Assembly (NCBI RefSeq): GCF_001194135.2
Contig: NC_068989.1
Location: 67,387,946-67,451,945 of the forward strand
Direction of reading: 5' to 3'
Length of the DNA: 64,000 nt
Source: Octopus bimaculoides
Taxonomy: Eukaryota
Position numbers and translations under genes: made by a program. Numbering within the stretch: position 1 is the stretch's first letter; the number at the start of each line of letters is the position of its first letter. The notes beneath the pieces were generated by a model. That model was given only the letters and a program-made list of their open reading frames with translations, was not told the origin of the DNA and searched no databases. Shown here in pieces: positions 1 to 12,700 of this stretch.

Positions 1-980
1 CCATCTTCAATTAACAAGAGAATTGATTGTAAATAAAAGTAATGTATTAATGATGCGTTACAACATTTAGTAGATAATTTGAATATAAAAGTATACCTAC
101 AATTCTAGTATTGGTGTAAAACGTAGACAAGTGTAAACAGAAATATGAGATTTTTACCTACAAGTTTCATCTCCTTTTAAAGATTCACTAGAGAATAAGT
201 AGCCACTTTTTCTGTTCACTAACAGATTGCTGGCTTGTAGGTATTTATATTGAACACAAACCAGGACTAGGATGAAAAATAAAAGTCTAATTTGTATACA
301 AGGCATTCATTGGCAATATAGTTCATTCATTAACAATGTATTACACAACAGTTTTTAAATAATCGGAAGTTTTAAAGTAAGGTATAACTATAATTTTAGC
401 CTGAGTGTGAAATGTAAACAAGTATAAACATATTTTACAGACGAAATGTTGTTGTTGCAAGTGTAAACATGTTTTTCTGTCTCTGTTCACCGAAAAATTT
501 GGGCTGCCTACTGAAAGATGAAAACATTTGTTTGTATTACATTACATTTAGCATGAAAGCTAAAATTGTAGGCATACTTTACATTAAAATTTCAAGTTAT
601 CCAATATATGCTGTTTAGTGTATCCTAGATTAATTAATTAATCCATCATACTGGTTAATGAATTGATTATTTAATGAATAATTAATCAAGATGATTATTG
701 ATTAATCAACCATGTTCATATAATATTTATATTGAAACTGATAAGTTCTCAAATACAGATAAAACATTTCTACCCCTAGAAAACTAGAAACATCTGTTTA
801 CACATGTCTACATATCATTGTGAGGCTGAAATAAGTATTTTAATTTGTCTGAATATCTTGAACAGTTAAAAGCATTGTTAAAAATACAGCAAAGACACTT
901 CCCTCATAAATTACTGATATGAAAAGAAAACAAAAAACTGGATTATTATAATTTAAAATGACTCTATGCTTATAGGTTTA

Positions 981-2660
981 TCATCATCATCATCATTTAA
1001 CGTCCATTGTCCATACTGGCATGGATTCGATGGTTTTATTGGACTGGCATGCTGAAAGGCTGCTCCAGACTCCAGTCTGATTTGGCATGGTTTTCAGCTG
1101 GATGCTCTTCTTGATGCCAACCACTCTTAGAGTGTAATGGGTGCTTTTATGTACCACCAGCATGACACTGGGGTGCTTTTACATGCCATCAGCATGGGTG
1201 CCAATTTGTGTGACACTGGTATCTGCTACAACTGCGATTTTGCTTGGCTTGATGGGTCTTCTCAAGCATGACATAATGCCCAACACTCAAAAGGAACTCA
1301 GCCACTTTGTCTCTGTGAGACTCAACGTTTGAAAGGAACTCTGTCACTTTGCCTCTGAGGCCCAACACTCGAAAGGTGTTCTTTACATACCACCAGCACA
1401 GGTGCACTTGGCTTGATGGGTCTTCTCAAGCACAGCACATCACTAAAGGTCACATTGCTTATGTGAGGCACAAAGTTTGAAGATCATGCTTCACCACCTT
1501 GTTCCATGTCTTCTTGGGTCTACTTCTACCATAGGTTCCCTCCACAGTTAGAGAACGGCACTTCTTTACACAGCTGTCCTCGTCCATTTGCATCACCTGA
1601 CCATACCAGCGCAGTTGTCTCTCTTGCACACTACATCTGTTTAATCTTATGCCTAACTTTTCTCCCAAGATGTTTGCACTCTATCAAATATGTACACTGA
1701 AATTGCACATCCAGTGAAGCTTACTGGCTTCATTTCTTTCAAGCCTACGCATGTCGTTGTCTGTCACAGCCCATGTTTCACTGCCATGCAGTATAGCTGT
1801 TTGCACGCAGGCTTCAAACAATCTGCCTTTCACTCTGAGAGAGTGGCCCTTTGTTGCCAGAGGGGTGGGAGCTCTCTGAACTTTGCCCAGCTTAATCTTA
1901 TTCTCACAGCTATGCTCTCGGAGCATCCACCTCCACTACTAACTTGGTCATGTAGATAATAAAAGCAATCTACTACCTCTAACCCCCCCCCCCCCNNNNN
2001 NNNNNNNNAGTTGATGGAGTCTATTTTCTCTTCATTTTCAGCGTTTATTGTACTTGTACATCTTCCACATCTAAAAGCTAGTTTCCACTGTTAACCTTTC
2101 CTCTGATATTGCTGCATCTTTTATGTGTCCAAAGCTTACACTGGGTGCATCTTATGGAGTTTCTACTAACACCTTTTCTACAGATTGAGCAGAGCCATCT
2201 ACCTGAAGGGATTTGTGATTTATCTACCTTCCTACTTACTAAGACTTTGGTTTTTGCCTTAATTCTAAGGCCCTTCAATTCTAGACCTTGCTTCCATACC
2301 TGGATCTTCTCTAGTTCAGGTAGTGATTCAGCTATAAGAGCAAGGTTAGCAGCATAGTGGAGCTCCCAAGTGCAGCCTATCTTGAATTACTCTGTTATTG
2401 CATGGAGGACTATGATGAACAAGAAGGGGCTGAGCACTGATTGTTGGTGAACTCCTACTTGTACTCTGAATTCTTCGCTGTACTCATTGCCAACCCTCAC
2501 CTTACTGACAGCATCCCTGTACATAGCCTGTACAGCTCTCACCAACCACTCATCTATTCCTAGTTTCCACATTGACCACCAGATAATGGATTGGGGGACC
2601 CTGTCAAAGGCTTTCTCCAAGTCCACAAAGGCCAAGATGAAGTTTTTGAAGTAGCCAAAC
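981..2660 (-). mobile_element. 5'-truncated, frameshifted RTE-clade LINE (RT, PHD-like insert, C-terminal domain, 3' UTR, (GAT)n tail)
   Basis: Minus-strand ORF pieces FVDLEKAFDRVP, VGVHQQSVLSPFLF, ILHGSETW, RQLRWYGQV and GRSRPKKTW; 3' UTR about 996-1450; (TCA)n at 981-995. Confidence 0.88.
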
Positions 2661-2719
2661 AGTAATTCAATTTAATTTTATTCTTTCTACTCTGGTATGC
2701 CCCAGGTTTCATTTTTTTT

Positions 2720-3000
2720 TTGTCTCAGACTGGGCTGTGTGTTGTATTCTTGAGCAAGGCCCTTTATTTCACGTTGCTCCAGTTTAGTCACCTGTAAAAA
2801 TGTGTTGCGATGTCACTGGTGCCAAGCTGTGTTGGCTTTTCCCTTGGATAACATTGGTGTCATGGAGAAGGGAGACTGGTATGCATGGGTGACTGCTAGT
2901 TTTCCATAAACAACCTTGCCTGGACTTGTGTCTCAGAGGGGAACTTTCTAGGTGCAATCCCATTGTCATTCATGTCTGAAGCGGGTCTTTTACTTTACCA
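2720..3000 (+). mobile_element. SINE family 3 copy (degenerate head, TTTAC tail)
   Basis: Similar to the reverse complement of the 8984-9325 copy (GTTCTTGAGCAAG..TTTATTTCAC..TGCTCCAGT core). Confidence 0.7.
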
Positions 3001-3340
3001 CTACATCCATGACATCATCTCTTATGCAGATTACACTATCTTTCATTCCACCCTAACAATTTCCAGTTGTGCATCATCCACTCACAACCTAAACAAAGCA
3101 TCCTAAACAAACACTGACTCCATGAAAAGAGGCCTTGGAAGCAACCTCCAATGGGGACATCTCAATCTTACCTCTTTCAACCTCAAAAATCACTGCAATT
3201 GTTGTGTCTTACTATCAGTGATGATCTCTCTTGGTGAAATCCTTTCCTTAACACACCTGGACCACATCCTAATGGCCAATCCTTCTCTTCAGGGCCAAAA
3301 GATATGTCATCTCCTAATAATTATTGATGCTCTTCAATGT
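3000..3340 (+). mobile_element. Decayed non-LTR RT fragment (CR1/Jockey-like)
   Basis: IISYADYT (YADD-like) followed by NLQWGHLNLTSFN, resembling the RT thumb region; disrupted. Confidence 0.4.
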
Positions 3341-3646
3341 TCAGTTGAGGACCTCAATAGTTGCTGCTGCTGCTGCTGCTACACATACACGCACACACAC
3401 CCTTGGTCACATCCAGAAAAGTGCCATCTGACTAATTGATAAAATCATTCATAGACATACTTCATCTTCCAACTTAACTGTTGTGTTACCTCTTCTCTCT
3501 ACCTTTTCCACTGCTACTATAATGGTCTCTGTTTCTGGAAGATGGCTGGGCTCATGATACCTCCACAGTCAAGGTGTTAGAATTGTTACTGTTTTTCTTT
3601 TCTTTTTTCTTAGAGCTTGCACTAAATATTTCTTAATTATTTTCAG

Positions 3647-3751
3647 TCTGGAAAACATGAAGCTATTGTAAAAAACGTTCATGACTTGTTGGCTAAATTG
3701 GCATGGGATTTCTCTCCTGAACAGTTAGATCATTTGTTTGAATGCTTTCAA
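3647..3751 (+). CDS. USP9X: USP9X exon w1
   Basis: [35 protein letters not shown]; tttcAG acceptor, GTgagt donor, phase 0/0. Confidence 0.96.
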
Positions 3752-6700
3752 GTGAGTAGATTTTCTTTTTTTTTTTTTAATTATCTTGGATTTTTATCAT
3801 ATTTTGAGAGAAATCTTCAAATTTTGTTTGTACATGTAATATGTACACATATATACATATATACATGCATACAGATATCTATACATATATACACCCATCA
3901 CACACACATACACATGCACACAAACACACACATTAGTCATTTGTTTTCTTATCCAAAACTATGTCAAAAGTACTGAATGGATCTTTATGAAATTTGGAAA
4001 TTATATTCTTTGCATAACGGCCATAACTCCCATGAAAATTCATATANNNNNNNNNNNNNNNNNNNNNNNNNNNNNNNNNNNNNNNNNNNNNNNNNNNNNN
4101 NNNNNNNNNNNNNNNNNNNNNNNNNNNNNNNNNNNNNNNNNNNNNNNNNNNNNNNNNNNNNNNNNNNNNNNNNNNNNNNNNNNNNNNNNNNNNNNNNNNN
4201 NNNNNNNNNNNNNNNNNNNNNNNNNNNNNNNNNNNNNNNNNNNNNNNNNNNNNNNNNNNNNNNNNNNNNNNNNNNNNNNNNNNNNNNNNNNNNNNNNNNN
4301 NNNNNNNNNNNNNNNNNNNNNNNNNNNNNNNNNNNNNNNNNNNNNNNNNNNNNNNNNNNNNNNNNNNNNNNNNNNNNNNNNNNNNNNNNNNNNNNNNNNN
4401 NNNNNNNNNNNNNNNNNNNNNNNNNNNNNNNNNNNNNNNNNNNNNNNNNNNNNNNNNNNNNNNNNNNNNNNNNNNNNNNNNNNNNNNNNNNNNNNNTGTA
4501 CATGATCACCTTCTTTTACGAAACTTCAGTGACTTTCATATATTTATATTGATATACATATATATACGTGTGTTTGGGTGCGTGTGTGTATATACATCTC
4601 TATATATAAAGATGATGCGTAGTCTAGACGGCGTTTTTAGATTTCATTATTCTCTTTAACCCGGGCAACGCCGGGTATTTCTGCTAGTCTATAATATAAA
4701 CAGACATAAGAAGTTTTGGGGGGGAAAAACAGTCAAGTTAGACTAATAAGTACAAAAAAAAAAAAGAAAAAAGACAAGTGGAAAACTGTTTTATTGTAAA
4801 CCTATCCAACCTGGAAAAAGAACCTAAAATTGATGATTGTTCTTACCTTACACAATACCATCTAAATCTCTTACAGAAGTAATAGTTAATTCTTGTTTTT
4901 GACTCCTCACTCTTTTCCTGTGATTTATTTTCCAGCCATTTATTTTCCTAACCCTAACTTTTTCATTTTTTTTTTTGGTTTTGAGAATTCATCTAAGTGA
5001 TACTGCTATAGTAAAAACAATCCTTTTAAATAAAACTTGATCTACAAGTGTTACATTTTTTTCCCGTTTTTGCATCTGCTGTTTTGTATTATAAATTAAT
5101 TCTTTGATTCTGCACTTGATAATTTAAAAAAAAATATTTGGAGTGCACTTATCCTTTTAAAATGATATAAGCCATGTATATGTTGCTGAATATGTAGTAG
5201 AACTCTCAATGTAAAATTCAAGATGTAACTATAATTTTAGGTCAATATATTTTTCTATGTTTTCACTTGCTTAAAACAATTTTAAGATTTAAAGATTTGA
5301 TTTTGAAATAAATTTCTGTAAATGTTTTTATGTTATTTGTTATAGGGAAGCTGGACTAATGCTATGAGAAAGCAGAGAGAAAAGTTATTAGAGCTCATTA
5401 GGAGATTAGCAGAGGATGATAAAGAAGGTGTGATGGCTCATAAGGTTTGTAATATATTTTTACTTTGGCTTGTCATTTAATTTATTTGTCCCATTATTTG
5501 ATATGTTTCAATGACAAACTGTCTTAGATAGTTCTACTGGTCACAGAAGGACAATAGCTATTACCTATCCATTTTCCATTTCTTAGGGGTGTTCAGTTTT
5601 GTGAAATGTTATTGCTTCAGACACAAAAAAAAAAGCCTTGATTAGAATTTTAGTAGAACATTAAATTGTTTGGCATATCATTATGCTTCAATTGGAGAAG
5701 TTTAATTATAGATATAGTCCACTCTGCGGGGGTGGTTGGTGTTAGGAAAGGCATCCAGCTGTGTAAAAAAAAAAACCATGCCAAAACAGACATAGAAGTA
5801 TGGTGCATTCTGGCCAGCCCCTGTTAAACCATCCGATCCATGCCAGCATGGATGGAGGACATTAAATGATGATGATGATGATAACATATATAGCAGACAT
5901 AACTTCGTTGTTCAGAAGTTCACTTTGCAACTATATGATCTTGAGTTCAGTCCTACTGCATGGTATCTTGGGCAAGTGTCTTCTACTAAATCTATTCACA
6001 AGGTTTTGGTGGTTAGAAACTTGGAGTCTGTTGTACTCATATAGGCGTGTGTGTGTGTGTGTTGTTGTTGTTGCTTCAGTCAACAATTTATCTGTTCATT
6101 TGGTGCCTTTGAAAAAGCATGTAATAAATGATCTCTTACTTGCAAAACAGATTAGTGTTAGCAACAGGAAAGGCATTTGGCTGTAAAGTAATGCCTCAAT
6201 TTTATATTCATCTAACTTGTACTAGCATGCAAAAACTAATGTAAAATGAACTATATATGTATAGACTTTCATTTGTCATGGTGAAAAAGCTTGAATTAGG
6301 AAATACAAATTATGTTCTCCATCTTGTATGACTTTTCACTTTATCAAATACTTGATTTTTATTTTTTCCTCTCTTGAAATATTTCTCCATAATTACATTG
6401 TTTATTACTGTTAATTTTAAATATCTTTTTAACTAGTTAAAGGTGCAGGAGTGGCTGTGTGGTAGGTAGCTTGCTTACCAGCCACATGGTTCTGGGTTCA
6501 GTCCCACTGCATGGCACCTTGAGCAAGTGTCTTCTATAGCCTTGGGCCGACCAAAGCCTTGTGAGTGGATTTGGTAGATGGAAACTGAAAGAAGCCTGTC
6601 ATATATATATATATGATTGTGTGTCTGTGTTTGCCCCCCCCCCCCTCCATCGCTTAACAACCGATATTGATGTGTTTACATCCCCGTAACTTAGCAGTTC

Positions 6701-9700
6701 GGCAAAAGAGACCGATAGAATAAGTACTAGGCTTACAAAGAATAAGTTCTGGGGTCAATCTGTTCGACTAAAGCATGGCCACAGTCAAATGACTGAAACA
6801 AATAAAAGAATAGTTGTCTTAATTAATTTTGCGATATGCCATGCTTGAGAAGAAGACCCATCAAGCCAAGTGAAATCGTAGTTGTGGCAGATACTGGTGT
6901 CCTGCAACTAGGACCTGTGCTGGTGGCACGTAAAAGCAACCACTACACTTTTGGAGTGGTTGGTGTTAGGAAGGGCATCCGGCTATGGAAACTATGCCAA
7001 ATCAGACTGGCGTCTGGTGCAGCCCCTCGGTTTACCAACCCTGGTCAAACTGTCCAACCCATGCCAGCTTGGGCAACAGACATTAAATTATGATGATTCC
7101 TTTATGACTGTTTTTTTTATAATAGTAATGATAATAACGAGCTTGTTGTATACAGTGCTTAGGTGCACTGTGACTAATAGGAAATGGTTAAAATAGGAGG
7201 CAAAAGGCAGACATATAAGCCAAGTAAAGAAAGACAGCTACAAAAGCTAGAAGTACAGGCAAAGTACACAGAATAAAGCACAAAAAGACAGAAAGGTGAA
7301 CATTAAAATAGTCATAAAGTGGAAAGAGTATAAATATGTCAGGAATAGTGTTGGTGAATTCGAGGAAGCATGGAGTTTTCGAAGGATGCAGTGTTCTGAC
7401 GGCTAACAATTGATATGGGTAGTTTATTCCATGCTTCAACAATTCTAAGTATGTAAAAAATGTTTCTGAAGCCGTGGGTGTTGTTCGTTTTTTGATTTTA
7501 TAAGCAAGTTCACAAGTGGTAGAGGTATTGAATTCAAAAAGGTGGCCAGAATTGTTGTTGGAAAGATAGTGGATAATCTTGTTTTGTGGGTTTCTATCAA
7601 GTCAGCTGCTAGACATTGAAACTTTAGTGTGTTGATGCCCAGGGAAGCAGTTGGTTCAAGATATGGTGATTGACTGAGAGAAGGTATACATTTGGCTGCA
7701 TGTTTCTGTACAACTTCCAGAGGATCACTATTCTAGACAAGATGAAAGTTTAAGACTGGAAATGCAAACTGTAAGTGTTGCTGTACTATAGGCATATATA
7801 TAAATGTTTAAATAGTTTTAACAGTAAAACTTCTATTATTGATCTAAAGATTGTTTCTAAGATTTAGGTAACAAAATAATTTTGATTTATTTTCCAATGA
7901 TGATTTATTTCCTTTTTTTCTTTTTTTTCCTTCAGGTTTTAGGGTTGTTATGGAATCTTGCTCATAGTGAAGATGTTCCAACTGAGATCATGGACCAAGC
8001 CCTGACAGCTCATATAAAAATTCTGGATTATAGTTGCTCTCAGGTAAATATTTTAAAAAATGTGTTTATTCTTCAACCATTATGCTTTTCTTTGTTGTTT
8101 ATCATTTTCTAGATTTAGTTTGGTAGGGATAACTCTGGTAGTTCAGGGCTGAACTAGGTGTATTATTTATTGTATCTGGCATGGCTGTGTGGTTAAGAAG
8201 CTTGCTTCTCAACCATATGGCCTTGGGTTCACTCCCCTGCATGGCAAGTATCTCCTACTATTGCCCTAAGCCATGTGAGTGAATTTTGGTAGATGGAAAC
8301 TGGAAGAAGCCAACCTTGTGTGTTTATACTCTTGTCTTGATGTCACATGGTGATTATAAATGAGCATCATCATCATCATACAAGTTATGTTGTTTGTTTC
8401 CAGTCTTCTGTGGAAAACATGTTTGGTCATGGGGAAATATTTCCTTGCTTAGAAACAAGTGAAGGTTGATGACAGGAAGGGCATCAAGCCATAGAAAAGT
8501 TGCCTCAACAAATTTTGTCTGATCCATGCAAACATGGAAAAATGGAAGTTAAAATAATGATGATATGGATAGTTTGGGGTTCATAACAATAACATCAATT
8601 CATATCAGAGTTGGCTTCACTGTTCATTCTTCTAAGATTTAGAAAGTAAGCACTACTGTACCATTGTTTACAAACTGGGTCATGTGCTTCATCAAAGAAA
8701 GTCATTATTTTCTAGATTGATGAGCTTTCATAGTTTAAAAAAAAATTTTTTTTTAAAATCTAGTATTTAGATTTTTGCTACAAATCTAAACTTAGATAGA
8801 CCAAGGAAAATGTGGGAAAAGGAGTGAGATCAGATCTGAGAATGTTTGCACTTGTTAGTCTTCTCTAATTTGTGTGGTCAAAGAAATCAGTATTGTAGTA
8901 ATTCTGTGCTCATAGTAATATGTTGAATGAGGAGGATAATATAAAAAAAGTATTCTGCCATATATTAATTCACTAGAAGTGTAAAGGGTAAAGACTCCTT
9001 TCGGTCATGAATGACCATGGGATTGCTCCTAGAAAGTTACTCTCCGAAGCACAAGTCTCGGCAAGGTATTTAGAAGACCAGCAGTCGCCCATGCACACCA
9101 GCCTCTCCTCTCCATATCACTGATGTTATCCAAGGAAAAGGCAAAGGCCAATACAACATGGCACCGGTGACATTGCAACTCATTTCTACAGCTGAGTGAA
9201 CTGGAGTAATGTGAAATAAAGTCTCTTGCTCAAGAACACAACACACAGCCCAGTCCATGAATCAAACTCACTACCTCATGATTGCAAACCCGATGCTCTA
9301 ACCACTGAGCCATGCGCCTTCACACAGAAGTGTACATATAGTGAAACGGATAAGCGATATTACTGATAGATATTATATCGGGAGTAGCAACCCAGTTAAT
9401 CAGTGAATAACATTGTGAAGGGGACCACAGTGAAAAAAGTAGTAGCAAGGAAATTTTTTGAAAAGAAGAGTGAGAGAGAGAAGTAGAGATTAAACATTTT
9501 ACTCATTTTGTGTATTGTGAGAAGAATTGTAAATTATTTACAACTGCATGGCTCATCAGAAATTTATCGGAGAGGAGTCTGTAAAATAATGGTGGATTCA
9601 CTTGAATTTAATGACAATAAAAAATAAGAAACAGAAACATAAGTTTTAGAACTAAATGTAGACTGTTACTGTAAATTTCAGTGTTGGTTTTCATAGTAAC

Positions 9701-12700
9701 AAGCAAAGCTGTAGTTTGACACTTTTACCATTGCAACTACCACCGCAAGTTTTGATGAGTAATGTCATTTTGTGCCTGTGTTATTTCTGTCTGTCATTTT
9801 GTTGCAGACAACAGACAGGAAACATGTACAAAATGCTGGCTGTTTTCTAATTGGACTAAAAATGATCAAACTTTAAACCTCTGTAACATTTTCCTTAATT
9901 TTTCTGCTAATAAATGAACCCCAAATTCAGATACAGTGTGAAAAAATTACCTCAATGTGCCAAATTTGAAAATTTTCATTTAATTAAAAAATTCCCAAGT
10001 CTGGGACAGCATCCCAAAAGATCTGTCTATTTCAACAAAAGTATGTTAACAAAAGGTTTATTGCTTATATTTTTTCTACATTATGTGCATGTGTTTTCTC
10101 CTCTCAGGATCGTGATAGTCAGAAGATGCAGTGGATTAGCAGGTTTGTTGAAGAGCTGAAGAATGACAAATGGGTTTTACCTGCCTTGAAACAAATTAGA
10201 GAAATATGTCAGTTATTTCCTGAAGTAAGTTTCTCTTTATGTTGTAACTTGATCTTTATATCTTGACACTCCTTTTCTGTGTGTATATGTGTGTGTATAA
10301 TAATGATAATAATTAGGCACAGATGTGGCTATGTGGTTAAGAAGTTTGATCTACAATGTTTCAAGTTCAGTACCACTGCGTGGCAGCTTGGGCAAGTGTC
10401 TTCTACTACAGTCCCAGAACATCCAAAGCCCTGTGAGTGGATCTGGTAGATGGAAACTGAAAGATTGTCGAGTGTGTGTGTGTGTGTGTGTGTTAGTGCC
10501 TCCTTGTCTTGACACAACATGGTAGTTCTAAATGAGTGTCCTCATCGTACAAGTGGTGTCCTTCATTTGCAATCTTCCATCCAGTTGTGTGGAAATATTA
10601 ATCTTACTTGGAAATGGTTGAGGGTTGGTAAAAGGAAGAGCATTTAACCTTAGAAAATCTGCCTCAACAAATTCCAAGTGATTACAGGAAATTGGACATT
10701 GAAACAATGATAAATTCCTTTACCCAAAACTAAGATTTCTCTCCGAATGCTCCATAATCATACCAGCAGTGACAGAAGAAATCCCTAGCTTAGAATAAAT
10801 GAATAACCTCTACTTCATTTTCTGAGTGATTCTTATTCTAGTTTGTAAATTCATCAGCTCAAAGAATAGCTCTTGGTTAAGAAACTTGCTTTGCAACTGC
10901 TTGGTTCTGGGACCATTCCCATTGCACAGCACATAGAGCAAATATCTTTTAGTATAGCCAATTTTTTGGTCAATACTTTGAGTGGAATTTGGTAGCCAGA
11001 AAATGTGTAAGCATGCGCTTGTTTACATTGGTATGAATACCTGTGTTTGTATGTTGTATCCATGTGTATGGTAGAGGTGTGTGGCTCAGTGGTTAGGGTG
11101 TTGGACTTATGATCATAAGATTGTGGTTTCGATACCTGGACCAGGCGATACATTGTGTTCATGAGCAAAACACTTCATTTCACGTTGCTCCAGTCCACTC
11201 AGCTGTAGAAATGAGTACCACTAGTGGAGGCGTGTTGTTTAGTGGTTTGGGTGTTGGATTCATGACTGTGGTTTTGATCCCTGGACTGGGTGGAGCCATT
11301 GTGTTCTTGAGCAAAACACTTCATTTTACATTGCTCCAGTCTACTCTGCTGTAGAAATGAGATTAGCCTGGAGAGGGATGGGCTCCACCAGGCTTTCTCA
11401 CCCTAGATATGCTGCATAGCTGCAGTGGTCTGACAACCCCCAAGGGGTTACGGGACTTGTCATTGTCATCTGTGTATATCCTGTAACTTAGTGGCGCAAC
11501 AAATAGAGAAAAATGATATAAATAGTAGATTGGCTGAGATCCTCAAAGGCAGTACCATGCTTTTTGAGAGTTTTAGATGTCAGTTAGGTTTCCACCTATA
11601 TGGTTTCAGGTTCAGTCCCATGCTGCAACACCATGGGCAAGTGTCTTCTACTATTGCTCTGGGCTGATGAAAGCCTTGTGAGTGTATTCAGTAGATGCAA
11701 ACTGGAAGAAGCCTGTTGTGTATGTATACCCACACACAGATGTGTGTGTGTGATTGTGTATTTTCTCTTGACATTGCCTAATAGTTGTAAATGAGTGTCA
11801 CTGTCATACAAACTGTCATTGAATTTTAATATTCAGCAAAAATGTATCCAGGCAACCTTGGAAACAAAGTGAGGCTTGGCAACGGTGGGGGGGGGGGGGG
11901 AGCATTCAGCTGTAGAAAATGTGTCTCAATAAACTTTACCTGATCCATGCAAGCTTGGAACAGTGGACATTAAACATTGAGAATGATGCCCCTCCCACAC
12001 AGACAGACAGACTTGAATAAATTACTAATTCTTATAGTTGGATATATGATCATGTTTTTAGTCATGATGTAAACTAAGTATTCATCAATAAAATGCTGCT
12101 GAAACAGTTGTGAATTTTAAACTACATTTGTGTTTTTTGATGATGATATCTATATACACACACACACACATGCACACGAAATTGAATGAGGAACTTAAAC
12201 AATTTACAAACTATCTCTCCTTATTGAACACAACTGTATTTTATATGTAATATTTTCTCTTTTGCTTTTTTATTCTCTGTTGCAGACATCTCAAAATTTT
12301 CCTCATGCTCAGCGAACACCTCACATGTATTATAGGAATCAAGTAATTAGTCAGTTACACCATCAGCATTCTATTGTTATGCTTGTAGCTCAAAATTTAG
12401 CAACTTACATGGAGAATGCCAGGTCTTATGCAAAAGGTAAACTTATTGTACTCTTTTTGTTTGTGCTAGAAAATAAATTATAGTGTAATTTTCTAATTAA
12501 TTTTTGTTTAAAGTTGTGGAATATCTTTATTTCAAAAAGAAGAAAAGTCATCTATTTATTATTAACTAAACTAAATATGAGAGGATAGAATATTAGGATG
12601 GTTGAGTAAACGATAACAGTATCACTTTTGATTTTTTTTTGTATCTGTTCTGTGTTTGGTTGGCAGAATTTATAGAGCATCAGATAAATCACTTAGTTTT

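Noticed and set aside
497-514. ATT TGG GCT GCC (IWAA) resembles the USP9X peptide expected just before exon w1
   Set aside because: It is followed by TAC TGA (stop), has no upstream similarity and no fitting splice sites; coincidental. The preceding exon lies upstream of the window.
118-815. Inverted GTAGACA.GTGTAAACAGA motifs (about 122-141 and 793-812)
   Set aside because: Only about 19 bp match and no TSD is visible; possibly an old MITE but unsupported.
3977-4046. GGATCTTTATGAAATTTGG...ATAACTCC segment resembling a Helentron/HINE or MITE subterminal region
   Set aside because: Truncated by the gap; no second terminus can be confirmed.
3977-4552. Long ORFs in the track running through N gaps (also 20264-20818, 51371-51641, 52464-52882, 57120-58276)
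   Set aside because: Artefacts of translating N as X.
6441-6520. tRNA-like box A and box B sequences (many copies)
   Set aside because: No full cloverleaf; they continue into SINE bodies, so they are not tRNA genes.
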